The notes under the pieces: model-generated
What the model was told of the DNA's origin: nothing
Seen by the model: the letters and a program-made list of their open reading frames with translations, nothing else
The model's database searches: none
Translations under genes and position numbers: made by a program
In this document: positions 37,328-50,285 of the stretch, in pieces
How the letters are laid out: the number at the start of each line of letters is the position of its first letter
Position numbering within the stretch: position 1 is the first letter of the stretch
Assembly (NCBI GenBank): GCA_035084275.1
Contig: CM068743.1
Coordinates: 51,460,001-51,524,000, forward strand
DNA: 64,000 nt
Reading direction: 5' to 3'
Source of the DNA: Hydrolagus colliei
Lineage: Eukaryota

Positions 37328-40300
37328 AGCCGAAATTAATTCAGCGATGGGTCATCTTCAAATTAGCCTTCCTGTTTTAAATCGGTGTCAAGTCTTATGC
37401 ACAGACTCCAGACAAATCCCTTGTACAAGCTGGATTTTTTTAAAGCATAATTACAAAAAAAATCCTCAGAATCCACACTAAAATACAGAGTATTAAGCAA
37501 ATTGTTATCCTTGTTTCAGGTCAAAGTTCACCCTATCACCGAATAAATGAATATTTAATGATGCTTTATTGCCCCCATTCTAATGACAGGTCACGTTCTG
37601 AGTAATCTTCTCCATAAAACCTGACGTCCTAATCAATACAGGGGTTTAGTTTTATGACAGAACTGAGACACAGAAAGTCAGCTAATATTGTAGGCCTAAC
37701 GAGGCTTTACTGTCAGCGGATATTTTGATATAACGACTTATTTCGTTACAGATGCCAAGTTGGAATAAAATCACAATTAGCTCACTCTAATAAGCCTTGG
37801 AAAAACAAGTCTTGACGACGCTGTAAGTTGTTGTTACGCTTCGCATCAGGGTCACCTTATGGCAGATTGCAATTGCGTTGCAATGCGGTCTGTAGGTATC
37901 ACGCTACTGATAGTATCCACACAACAGTGCGGTGCTGTTAGGTTCCCAATTTTACAAAAGGCATTTTGTCTTACACGCTAGTGTGATGCATTTTGTTGTG
38001 TAATTATGGAACAACGTTTAAACACGCGGAGTAAGCCAGGTAATGTTAAGGTCAAGTCTTTCGTTCAACCATATTTTGTTGACATTAATTTCAAACTGAA
38101 AGTGTCGTGAAATTGCGACTGTTTTTCAATACAACCCACAAGACTCGTGTGTGCGAATATATATATATATATCTAATGATGATTATAAACTTTATAGATA
38201 CTGGGAATAAAACACATTTGTCTATAGCAGTGGCATTAAACACAGTGCGGGTCGTCCTTTAATCCTCAGCCATCAATCGCCACCAGGCAAATACAACACG
38301 CAGGACAATGTGACAGACTGGGACTAAACGGAATACTGTATACAAATGATGGAGAGAATATTGAGGACATATCTAGACTATTGTATGCTAGTAGTGTGCG
38401 TTAATGTTACTTTCAAACAAAAGTACAGAAGTAGATGTTTCAACAATTAACAACAATAGTTGTCGATGATCTGTCTTCCTCACCCGACCTGCAACCCACC
38501 TCTGTACCATACAGTCTAGGCCGGCAGCAAAACTGACGGCTATTCCCAACATTAGCAGCGTGTATCTGGATTATCCAAGACATGACAGAATTTACCTAAT
38601 TAAAGTTGATCTGGCTTCATTTTTTTGGACGTTAAAACATCCGACGTTTGCGAATGAGTAGGAATAACAGGCAAAGAAAAACAGATAAACTATTTTTGAT
38701 ATTTGATTTTTTCCACCAAAATGTTTTTGGTTTCATCAAGTGGATTAAACTAAATAAAAGTCCCGTGTTTGTTATTCTGCTCTTACAATAATCCTGACTG
38801 AATCGGGAGGAACAACACCAATGCGATTCATTCACTAAACCGTGCCCGTCAAGGATTCTCTCTGGCCTCTTTTGAAGCATTTTTTAGGATTCAGGTCGTT
38901 CGGGTCGATATGCTTGCTTAGTGTGACGGTATTTGTACGAAAAGCAGTAAAATCTGATACCATTGCTATTTCTTATATTTCTGATTGCATTAAGTAGCAG
39001 AATAGGGAATTGTGCGCGATTGTATTTATCTACGAGATAAGACACTAATTTGTTTCAAAATAATTAACTGACTACACACAAGATAAGCCGAGTTATGACC
39101 TTTTGATAGTTTTGCCCATAAGGTTAAATAAACGTACTTCAGGTTGTAAGTACCAATTCATCATTTTAAGAGCACAGCATCATTTTAGCGGAAACCACAT
39201 CCGTGAAGTTATGTGCAATACTTTGTAGGTGAAAACAATCCTGGAGTTTACTCTTGTGCTACAGCGATCACACACCACCGATATAGTGACACAAAGGTAC
39301 TTCACATAAACCACTCATACTTTGATTGGGATTTTATCCAATCATTTTAATTGAAATGGTTAGGATTTTTTAAACAACCCACTATTCATTGCACTCAATA
39401 ACCTTTCGCTTGTCACTTTTTTAATCGATCAACAAGATTACCAAAACATTTTCATTTTTACAAGCAAGGTGGTTTTAAATCTCTACGCATGTATATGGAT
39501 ATGTACACACGCCAAGTATCAGTCTTTCTCTTGCGGAGTGGCATTAATATAAAGTTTCCGAAATCCAATATTATCGATCGTTAATTTAAATACAATTTAC
39601 GCAGTTAATACCAGTAAGTATGAAAATAATAAATCGATATCGGTCAGGATGGACTGACCAGGCGCCCAGTAATATTTCAGTTGAAGGCAAGCGATGGAGA
39701 AACAATGGAGAAAGAGACTGTACTTGTTTCAGAAAAGATAGGCGCAATTGCTCGCTGAAAAAAATGCAACAACTGGATTGAAACAAAACGGAATCGTTAT
39801 CAATTCGCGAAATTTTCGATGTATTTAATTTAGGGCGATGTTATTAAGCAGCCAGGGGCTTGGCTTAAATGAAATTTCCCCCAAAGTAAACGCTGGCGCT
39901 GCTGAGTATTCTGCAGCTGTTGTTACTTCCGACCCATTTCCCCTGTTAACCGCGAATCTGTAATCAGACTGACGCCGGCTAGAGAAAAGCCACGGAAAAC
40001 CACATCCAAAGCGTGAATGCATTTGCCAAAAGTAAACCGACTTTAAAGATTTCCGAACATCATTTTTTTGTGGCTATTAAAATAAAAGCAAGGTTTTAAA
40101 CACGATGTTTCATTTTTTTGTTGCAATTTACCGAATTGGTGATTTAATATTTCTACGCGTGCAACTATTTGTCGGTGGCCACCATCTCCTAACTGGAAAA
40201 ATAACCATATTGGTTTGTGCCTTCGCACGTTGTATACATATATACATATATAGATATAAAACCTCATGTATTATTTTCAAGCTAGACATGCCTTGCCATT

Positions 40301-40853
40301 TGCCGCTGCGTGCAGTTCTGAGTTCTGCACTTCCAGCATTGTTAGACAACAGACAGGCAGTGTGATCTGAAAGATATGTTACAACCTTTCATGCAGTCGT
40401 TTCTGATCTGCACTTCAATAAATCCTGCCCAATACCGCGAGAAATGTTCCTACCTGTATTATCTCTCCACGGCAATCGATGCCTTAAATAAACAATTCAA
40501 AGCCTTTTCAATATTTTGCTCCGAGGTGAATCTTAAAAAGGGTATGTACCACATCAGATCAAACTTCAACTACACAGTCACTAAACTATCTTCACATAAA
40601 AATGGAAATAATAGCGAAGGTGAATGGACCATCTTTCGTTTTTAGATTTTTGATTTTATTTGCCATGATGCTGGCGTGTGGAATAAATGACATTGGTAGG
40701 TGAAAGGCACAATGGCGTTTTCTTCTAACCTTAACAATACCTCTGGAACCAGTGCAAAGCTAACTTTTGAAAACTCTGAAAGTTTTAACAATGAATCTTG
40801 TTTTCCCACTGATTATAGTTACACTGTGGTTAGCAAATAATGGTAAGATGCTT

Positions 40854-41014
40854 CCCCCCCCCCACCCCACCCCACCGCTACCTCCACTCAGTTGGTTTTC
40901 CTTTCCACATCAGTCGCGGGTGTCTGCTCTCACTCCCCCCCCCCCCCCCCCCCCCCCCCCCCACCCCCCCCCCCCCCCCCCACCCCCCCACCTCCCCTCC
41001 CCTCCCTTCCCCCC
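40854..41014. repeat. Poly-C low-complexity tract (G-quadruplex potential on minus strand)
   Basis: Long C homopolymers interrupted by single A or T. This explains the poly-Pro pseudo-ORFs in the ORF track. Confidence 0.9.
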
Positions 41015-43955
41015 GTGAAGTGGAAATAAGTCACTTTTCAACTACCTCAGATGTAACACCTGTTTCTTTGTTTCACTGCATACACTGCAGATGAATATAA
41101 ACACTCTTTTCAAGTGAGTCAATGATTCACGCGCGCTTTCTCCAGTCCGCTATACTTTATTGACTGCATTGTTTTGTCTTTGGTGCAAAACCGAATCAAT
41201 ACTGAATTTGATTCCAGACTGAATCAAAAAACCCCATTAGCGGAATTATAGTGCACGGGATCAGTGATCAAAGCTCAGTGCATTTTTTTTAAAAAAGTTT
41301 ATTTACGGCTAGTGGCAGTCTGTTGGACCTCACTCGAAGTCTTCTAATGTAAGTGGGGAGTCGGATGCATTTTCTGCTCCTTAATAACACTGTACTGTAG
41401 TTAAAACAGTACCTGGCGTTTGGTGGCAGATAGTGGAGTTGTGCGCACAATGTCCAGTCACACAGGCTCAGAGCTCCTCCCCGCCCCTCGCGGAGGGAAG
41501 TATACATTCTGTTTGTCATTTCAGATCACGTCTTCTATGTAAAGCGGCATGAAATACACAAATTGGCGTTAATTACTTCGATTTCTAGATCTTCTCTGTG
41601 AACGTCCCCCCCCCCCCCCCCCCCCCCCTGCAGGTGTTTAATACTAATATTCGTGTGAATAAATAGAAATGTACCACATTATTGTCAGAATGTTACCCTT
41701 CCGACGCGGTCACCTGTACAGAAATAGAAAGCAAACCACAGATAGAATGTCATCCTTCAGGTGAGAGATAAAACCGAGATTGAGTCTGCTGGTGCAGGTG
41801 GATATGAAAGATATAATGGTACCATTTCAGAGGGCAGTAACTTCTCCTGCTGGTTTCTTGGCTAATGATCTTATGCATCCCAAGTAACCACAAACTAAAT
41901 CTGTTCTCCAGCCTGACTGCAATTAGCGGGCATTGGCTGCCCCAAGTTTGCCATCTGAGAGGGTATCTCATATAGTTTTTTTTTGGGGGGGGAAGTGGGG
42001 GGTGGGGGGAATAAACCCGGAACAATACTTTGGAAGCACCACAACAGTAGAACAGACACACACATTAACATTTGGAAAGACTAATTTCAATACAGATACC
42101 AGGAACGTTTTTTACTCAAAGGATTATTAGAGGGGGGGGGGGGGGGGGGTGGAGGGGGTTGAGGCAAGAACACTGGACACAGTAAAACAAAGTAGCTTGA
42201 TTCCCAGAGGGTAGGATAGTACTTCGGATATTCTGATCGAATGAGATCAAATGGCCAAAGGACCTTATTCACCGGAAGTTTAACCAATCCTGTGACCTTA
42301 TGCTTGCATAAAACCAGTTATGACACTCAGAAAAACGAATTGTGTGAAACGCTTTACAACATTTCAATTCAACAAATCACTGTGTAAAATACAAATACTA
42401 TGAATAAAATAACAGATGTAAGAGTGCCGTACCAAACCAAAACGTTATTGCAAAATAGAAACTTGAAGTGTAATTATCAGACTCAGCTTTAATTGAACAA
42501 AATTAAAGACAACGGAAACATCTTTTATTATTTTACACCGTTAATGATAGTTACAGTTTACCATAATTGTATACAATTGGTGACTGTGAAAATATTTATT
42601 TCAAAGTGCAGATATTGATAAATGCTAACAGAATTTAAGTAAGGAAAATGCTACTTCATGAGTATGTGGGTTAGTAATGAGATGAATGATCGCAAAATTA
42701 TTACACTGAGCAAACAACAAGGGGCTATAATTACATAATTTATCGATTATACATGAGAAGATGTTCCTATTGAAAACTATCCTGAACTCATCATTGAATA
42801 CAGAATGCATACTCTGCTGCATAAATAATGAAGATGTTGCTTTTTGATTGGATTATGTGGTGAATAATAAAATAGTGTATGTGGCTAACATGTAATGTTA
42901 GCCACATGGGCTGATGGGAAACTCATTTTATCCAAAATATATGAAGGGAAGTGCTGAAGAAGAAACTGCTATGCTATTCAGAATTAACTTTTTTTTGTGT
43001 TTCTCTGAATAAACTGAAAATTGTTCTGACCGAGCCACTAGTAAAATAAAAAGCACTCTAATTATTCGTTGGCCAGATCTTTGCCTACAAGATAAACAGT
43101 CATATCAGTTGCTCTGAAGCAATGAAACATTGAAACAAATGTGATTGCTCCTACTCTCTCTTTGGGTTCCTCCCTTCCTTCTTTCCTTCCATTCACCCAA
43201 TCCTTTCCAAAATGTCTACCATTGAGTAGAACATTAAAACTCTAAATACTAAAGAACATTAAATATTAAAGCACACTATAAACCTCTGAAGTGGATCACC
43301 ATGAGTTGGCAGATGTGTCATGTTTAGGAAATGTGTATTCGCGTAAAAACAATATATTATGTAATTGTATTTGTATTCATGCTTGGCTAGAAATGCTTGG
43401 CTACATTTCTGTTTTTTCCAGACTCCAGCTACCTAAATTTTGTTTACTCTGTCTGATAAATAAGGCTAGTTGGATAATTTAGATAAGATTTACCTGAAAA
43501 GGAAAGTTGGGTCTACATTTCCCACTGTCGATTATTCTTTGATGTAGCTCAGGTGAACTCCCACATTTGCATCTAAATGTATTCACTAAATCCTACCAAC
43601 TATGGTTAGTTCTTCAATAACATGAAATATGGTGTTAAAAAGGTCAAACAGACTGCAAGACCTTTAATGTATCATTTATGAGTAGAGACTAAATTTATTT
43701 ACTCTGCCCACATTCATATTACAGCAATACAAATTGGTGTAGTGATGAAATCATCTTCTCAACATTGTCTCGGGAGTAAGGCTTTCACAAAGCGAAGAAA
43801 CTGCGAAGATAGTTCATTCATTCTTTGGGAAAGAAACGCCAATACCTTCAACGTGACTTAAACCAATTATTCAATGTGAGGTTGGTTACCACAATGGATC
43901 AACAGCACATTCGCATTTCACCTATGGGATCTGAGTTTCACTTTAGCCCTGAATG

Positions 43956-44306
43956 ATAATAATAATCCTTGCATATGATATAGCATTGTTCACATCTTCT
44001 AGACAACAACAACAAAATTACACTTTTATAGCGCCTTTCACATTGGGAGGACATCCCAAAGCGCTTCACAGAATATACTGTGAAGTGAATTGATTGTATC
44101 TATCTGGGCAAAATGTGGCAGCCAATTGCACACTGCAGCTTCCCATAAACAGTTGTTGTTTGAAATGACCAATTCATTATTTTTTTTTGAGGGTTTATTA
44201 TTAGGCATGTGGAGTAAGGAAACTGCCCAAGCTGAACCTGCCAGGAGCTGAACGCAGATCTCTTGCTTGTAAGGCGAGTGCTCTAACCACTAAGCTATAG
44301 GACTCC
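43956..44306 (-). mobile_element. tRNA-derived SINE, full length, with a short L2 tail inserted
   Basis: Minus strand starts GGAGTCCTATAGCTTAGTGGTTAGAGCAC (Pol III A box) and ends in CAAGG(ATT)n. Homologous to four other copies in the window. Confidence 0.88.
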
Positions 44307-44362
44307 ATAATGGCATGGAAGTCTCTTTTTTCTTGTCAGCTGAAAGGATGCTGCATGAAATA

Positions 44363-44735
44363 ATTATCCTTGCATTTAATATAACAATTATTATAATGGT
44401 GAAACATCTTAAAATGCTTCACTGTAAAATCACTGTTAAGTGCAGTCTGCATATTTGTGGGTAAATTGCAACAGCTAATTTGCAAACAGCAAGATTTCAT
44501 GTAAAGCTAGAAATTACCACAGTATTTTATTTGGAGGAATGCTGGCTAAGACATTGGGAGAAATTATTTTGCATAGCATCATGGGAATCTTTAATGTCAC
44601 CCAAACCAGCAGACAGCCAGTCAGTTTAATGAGCCACCAAGAAATAAATTAACCTATGAGTTCATGTCTCAGCTCATGGAATGTGAACCCATAACCTTTC
44701 GATCTTGAAGCAAAACTGCTTCCTGTTGGACCAAA
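44363..44735 (-). mobile_element. Older diverged DeuSINE/SacSINE-like element
   Basis: Tail CCTTGCATTTAATATA, central CATGGGAATCTTTAATGTCACC...GCAGAC, and a head-like TGAACCCATAACCTT B-box complement. Confidence 0.55.
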
Positions 44736-46506
44736 CTAAAAAGGTAGTGCAGTCCCAACCTATCAGTTTCAAGGGGACATGGGACCAAAGCACAAAATTG
44801 CCCATAATTTGATAGAAATTCCAAATGTAATCAGAAAGGCCAGAGAATGGCTATAATAGAAAATGAATATATTCACATCATTACTGACGGGATGATCTTC
44901 TGAATTTGTTGGTTAAGGAGACTGTTCCCAACATTCTCTGGCTATTACATTTAAGTGGCATCATTGACATATGCATGCAAGGGTGGAATGTTAGGGGATT
45001 GAAAGAATGTATGTCTCACCAGACTTCAGTGCTCCTTCGCTTGTTCATACTCATCCAAATCAAAATGGTTATGGAGAAAGTAAACAATATTATATGTTGA
45101 AACATTTGTTATAGGTCACTGAGGAGGACATTGAATTATTTACATCAGGCCAGATCTGGGTTTAGTGAGCTTAATGATGTGAAGAAGTCAAAATATAATG
45201 GAAGTGACACATAAGTAAGAGTTTTGGGCTTAAAAGCACTGACCTAGTGACAGTGTCTGGCACTTGTAAATTGGGACATTTTCAAAAGGCAATTTGTTTT
45301 GCTGTAACTGCAGGACTGGGCTTTGCAAATTTAAACTGACTGGAAATGTGTTTTGACTTATCATATCTATAGCACAGTAACCTCTAAGGCTGCTCTATGT
45401 ACATGTGCTGAAAGATGTCCATATTGTATCCCCTGCAGCGATATGATTTGAGTATATTTCTAGCCACAATATTTGTGCTTGTCTTTAAGCTGAACTCAAA
45501 TGTATATTGTCCAGATATGTTTCAAACATTTTTAAGACTATCACAAATTGGGCTCATTTCCCATTGCTGCTTTTAGATTAAATCCCTCGGTAATAGAATG
45601 ACTTCAAGATAACTTCAGTTTCCAGAGAGAGATAAGCATATAATAATAATTATTATTATATTATTGAGATCAAACATATGTCAGGAAACAAATCCCCACA
45701 TTATAAAGTATTGTTCCAGCAGTCTTTTAATAATGTCCTTTCTGAGTGCCTGCAGGTGCAAGAAAAGCATCCCAACTGAACAACAAAATAATTATCTAGT
45801 TCCCACAGCTAGACAAATACAAACAATGAGCAGAAGGGACCTTATGTTGTCCTGTCCACTCAACATTTGGGAGAACTGACAGGTAATGTAACAATGTGTC
45901 ATCCCCAATTGTCGTTGGTGACTGAGTCAACATTTACAATGCTCAGGAAATATCATAAAGTGAATGAAACAAAACAACATTAAAAGGTACAAAAGATAAT
46001 GCTTCAGAGAAGCCTCAGTGTGATTCAGACATCATGTAAACTAAAACAAAAGCTTGAACACACATTTTACAAATGTTTCCCAAGCCTAAATTTTCCATTT
46101 TGTCAGACCAAAAATAAAATGTTTTGTTCTTGAGAAGTAAGCAAAGAACTAATAATGTAATGGTTTAAAATTTGTACTTTTCAACTAGGCACTATAACAT
46201 TCTACCTTTCATCTCTCTGGCATTTGCTAATTCTAAATAAAGCCATTGCTCCATTTTGGGCAACTGTACCCACCCCAACACAGGAACAATATGCCCCCCT
46301 TCACTTGTACTCAGATTCTCTGGTTGTTCTTCCCATATGTAAATATTGGTTCTTATAATGTTGTTGTTGTAGTGGTGGTGGTGGTGGTGTGTGAAATCTT
46401 TAAATGGCAACCAACTCAATCAAGAATGGTCAGGTGCTCACCCATTATGGAGTTGTGTCCCATTACTGCATCCAGTTAATAATGCAGTTAAAAAATAATA
46501 TTACAT

Positions 46507-46678
46507 TGGTCACTCAGTCCACAACTATTTGTGGGACACTGCTGAAAACACAATTGTCTGTCAGGTTTCACCCACAAAATACACAGCCAATTCACTTTGC
46601 AGTATATCCTGTGAAATGCTTTGAAATGTCTTGAAGATGTGATAAGGCACTATATCAAATGCAAGGATTATTATTATT
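46507..46678 (+). mobile_element. 5'-truncated SINE (central domain and tail)
   Basis: TTTGTGGGACACTGCTG...GTGAAATGCTTTGAAATGTC...CTATATCAAATGCAAGG(ATT)n. Confidence 0.85.
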
Positions 46679-47062
46679 CTGCCTTCACATGCTGTGAAAT
46701 TTCTGAGTGTTCTGAGAGAAAATGCTGGGTTATGACACTCATCAAGATGTTGGCAAGCAATATTGATTTAAGATCACAAATGCCCACTTATGTGCTGCTT
46801 TAACTAAATGGAATGCAATAAGAGAAACATTTTTCAATCTGAAAACACAAGCATTCGTTCAAAAACAAAGTAAACTCATTCAAGAGTAAACATCTGATGC
46901 AACAATTCAACTATTGTGAAACTGAATCTAATTCTCAACTTCACAAACCACAGTACAGAACCACCAAATAATATGAAATGATACAGGTTGTGGGCTGCAT
47001 AGTTGTGTTAACTGCTGGAATGTTTCAAAAATTCAGATTATGAAAGATGAACATAGGAATGT

Positions 47063-49872
47063 CTATTCTAGATTTGGTGATGAGTAATGAGCCAGATTTT
47101 AGTCAACAATCTGACAGTAAGGGAATACCTTGCACATAGTGATCAAAATATGATTGAATTTGACATTAGATTTGAGATGGAGAAGGGAGAGTCCCAAACC
47201 AAGGTGCTAAATTTAAGTAAGGGAAACTTCAATGGGGTGAGGAATATATTGACCACAGTAAACTGGGCTGAATTGTTAGTGGGTAAACCTACAGATGAGC
47301 AATGGGAAGTATTAAAAAAAAGTACTTGATACTATACAGAACAAGTACATATCCCTAACAAGGAAAAGCTCCAATCGTGTATTTAAGCAATCATGGTGAA
47401 CAAAAGCGGTCAGAGATTCTATCAAGCTAAAAAAAGCTTACTCAATTGCAAGAGAAAATGGGAGTGCAGATGCCTGAAAGAAATACAAAAGGCAACAAAG
47501 AGAGACAAGGAAAATAATAAAAGGAGCAAAAATGGAGTATGAACAAAAATTTGCAAGGGATATTAAAACCAATAGTAAAAGCTTTTATAAATATATCGAG
47601 AGAAAGAGAATGGTAAAGTCGAATATTGGTCTGTTATAGATGAGACTATAACAGAAAATAAAGATATGGGTGATTTGCTAAGTAAGTACTTTGCTATAGT
47701 TTTTACATTAACCAATGAGGACAAGTATACAGAGGAACCTGAATATAAGTCAAAAATAAATATTTAATAAAATAAATAGCAATTTATAAAAGTGATTGAG
47801 AAAATAATGAGACTCAAAATAGACAATTCTCCAGGAGCTGATAGTTTCCAAACCCAGGGTATTATTGGAAATAGGAGAGTAAATTGCAGATGCATTGATC
47901 ATAATTTTCCAAAGCTCACTAGATTTGGGAATTGTGCCCTTAGATTGGAAAATGTCAACTTTTATTTAAGAAAGGAGGGAGGGAGAATTTAGGAAATTAT
48001 AGACCTGTTAGCTTAATATCAGTTGTAGGGAAAATACTGGAATCCATCATCAGGGACAGAGTGACTGAACACTTGGAGAGGTGTGAGTTGTTAAATGGAG
48101 TCAGTTGGGTTTGTGAAGGGTAGGTGATGCCTAAGTATTCTTGTTGAAATTTTTGAGGCAATCACTAAAATGGTCGATAAGAGGGTGTCTATAGATATCG
48201 TTTACATGGACTTTCAGAATGCATTTGATAAGGTTTCACACAAAAGATTATTAGCAAAAATAGAAGCGCACAGAATCGGAGGTAACCTTATGATATGGCT
48301 TCGCAAATGGTTGGGAGGCAGGAAACAGAGGGTAGGGATATAGGGAACATTCTTGGATTGACGTAACGTGACAAGTGGTGTCCCCCAGGGGTATGTACTG
48401 GGACCTCAGCTATTTGCCATATATATAAATGATTTGGATGAAGGAATAGAAAGTTTTATCCGGCCCATGTCCTCTACCACTCTAAGTTCATTACCCCATC
48501 TCCCCCTCCTCACCTGACTCCATTGGCTCCCCTTCATCCAGAGGATCCAATTCAAAATCCTAGCCCTCACACTCAAGCCTCCATGGCCTCGTTCCACCCT
48601 CATCTGCAACCTCCTAACCTCCTACCAACCTGCCTGCGCCCTCCACTCAGCAGGCCCTGGCCTGCTCTATGTCCCCCAACCTATACACCCCACCATTGGT
48701 GGGTGAGCCTTTAGCCAATCTGCCCCCAACCTCTGGAAGTCCATCCCGCAGTACCTCCACCTCGCCCCCCTCCTTGGTATCCTTCAAGTCCCGCCTCAAG
48801 ACTCTCCTATTTGATCGTCGCATCGGTCACTCCAAATTCCCCGCTTTCCCTCCACACTCACTGTCCCCAGCTTGGGTCTGAAACAATGACTGTCCAGCAT
48901 GTTGGGATGTCCTCCTGATGTTAAAGGTGCTATACAAGTGTAATTTTGTTGTTGTTGTATCCAAGTTTGCAGATGACACTCAAATAGGAGGCTCAGTAAG
49001 TAGTGTAGATGGGAGAAGGAAGTTACAAATGGACTTAGACAGAAAGTTGTGGCAGATGGAATTCAATGCAGGGGAAGTGAGAGGTCATCCACTAAGGACC
49101 AAAAAAAGATAAGGCAGAATATTTTCTTAACAGTGAGAAATTAAGAGCTGTGGAAAAGCATAAAGTTTTGGGTGTCTATATCCATCAATCACTGAAAACT
49201 AGTTCTCAGGTGCAAAACATAATCAAAAAGGCAAATGAAATGTTTGCCTTTATCTCGAGAGGCCTGGAATACAAAGGGGAAGAAATGATGCTTCAGCTGC
49301 ACAGAGCATTAGTGACACCCCACCTAGAGACTGCGTACAGTTTGGGGCACCACATCTCAGGAAAGATATACTGGCCTTGGAGGGAGTGCAGCACAGGTTC
49401 ACCAGAATATTACCAGGTCTAAAAGGGTTAAGTTACGAGGAAAGGCTGCATAAACCTGGATTGTATTCCCTCAAGTTTAGAAGATTGAGGGATGATTTGA
49501 TAGAGGTTTTTAGGATGGTAAAGGGTAGATGCAGAGAAGCTACTTCCTCTGGAGGGGGAATGTAAAACAAGGGGGCATAGTCTTAAAATTAGAACCAGGC
49601 CATTTAAGAGTGAAATCAGGAAGCATTTTACCATTCAAAGGGTGGTAGAAATCTGAAATTCTCTCCCCCAAAAGGTCGTGGATGCTGGATCCATCCACAC
49701 CTTCAAGAATGAGATTGACAGATTTTTGGTAGGTCGGGGTATTAAGGGATACGGGGTGAAAATGGAAAATTGGATTTGAAATGATTAGTAAAGATACAGA
49801 TCAGCCATAATCTAATTAAATGGTGAAACAGGCTCAACGGGCTGAATCGCCTACTCCAGTTCCTATGTTCCT
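47063..49872 (+). mobile_element. Decayed 5'-truncated CR1-clade LINE (ORF2 remnants), interrupted by an L2 fragment
   Basis: Frameshifted motifs [63 protein letters not shown] and RRLRDDLIEVF. 3' end GGCTGAATCGCCTACTCCAGTTCCTATGTTCCT. Confidence 0.92.
48459..48957 (+). mobile_element. L2-clade LINE 3' fragment nested in the CR1 reverse transcriptase
   Basis: C-rich segment encoding LHWLP..RIQFKIL and SFKSRLKTLLF, ending GATGTCCTCCTGATGTTAAAGGTGCTATACAAGTGTAATTTT(GTT)n. Confidence 0.88.
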
Positions 49873-49996
49873 CTCATTCCTAGGACATAAAAGATTAAAA
49901 GTCAAACATTTTATTCATCCGTCTTCTTTCCTCACTCATAACAAGATGAGGAACATTTGATATAGCAAATGCAAGGATTATTATTATTATTATATT

Positions 49997-50285
49997 ATTT
50001 GATATAGCACTTTTCACGTATTCTAGATGTCTCAAAGCGCTTCACAGAATATACTGTAAAGTAAATTGACTGGATATATGTGGGCGAAATGTGGCAGCCA
50101 ATTGTGCAAAGCAGTGTCCCACGAAAACAGTCTTGGATTGAAATGACCAATTTATTATTTTTTTTGCAGGATTATTGTTGGGCATGTGGAGTAAGGAAAC
50201 TTGACCATGGTTTCACTCTGCTGGGAATTGAACCCAGGTCTCTCACTTGTAAGGCAAGTGTTCTAAACATTGAGCTACAGGGCCC
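49997..50285 (-). mobile_element. tRNA-derived SINE, full length
   Basis: A box TAGCTCAATG and B box GGTTCAATTCC on the minus strand; same body and tail as the other copies. Confidence 0.9.

Noticed and set aside
38893-38907. DR3-like AGGTCG-ttc-GGGTCG
   Set aside because: Both half-sites are degenerate and there is no supporting context.
40767-41094. Poly-proline ORFs
   Set aside because: Artefact of C homopolymers.
1-43900. miR-10 or miR-196 precursor hairpin
   Set aside because: No TACCCTGTAG or TAGGTAGTT mature sequence was seen. These miRNAs lie upstream of Hox4 and Hox9, outside this window.
47087-49634. Intact reverse transcriptase gene or domesticated ORF
   Set aside because: Multiple stops, frameshifts and a nested insertion; this is a dead CR1 copy.
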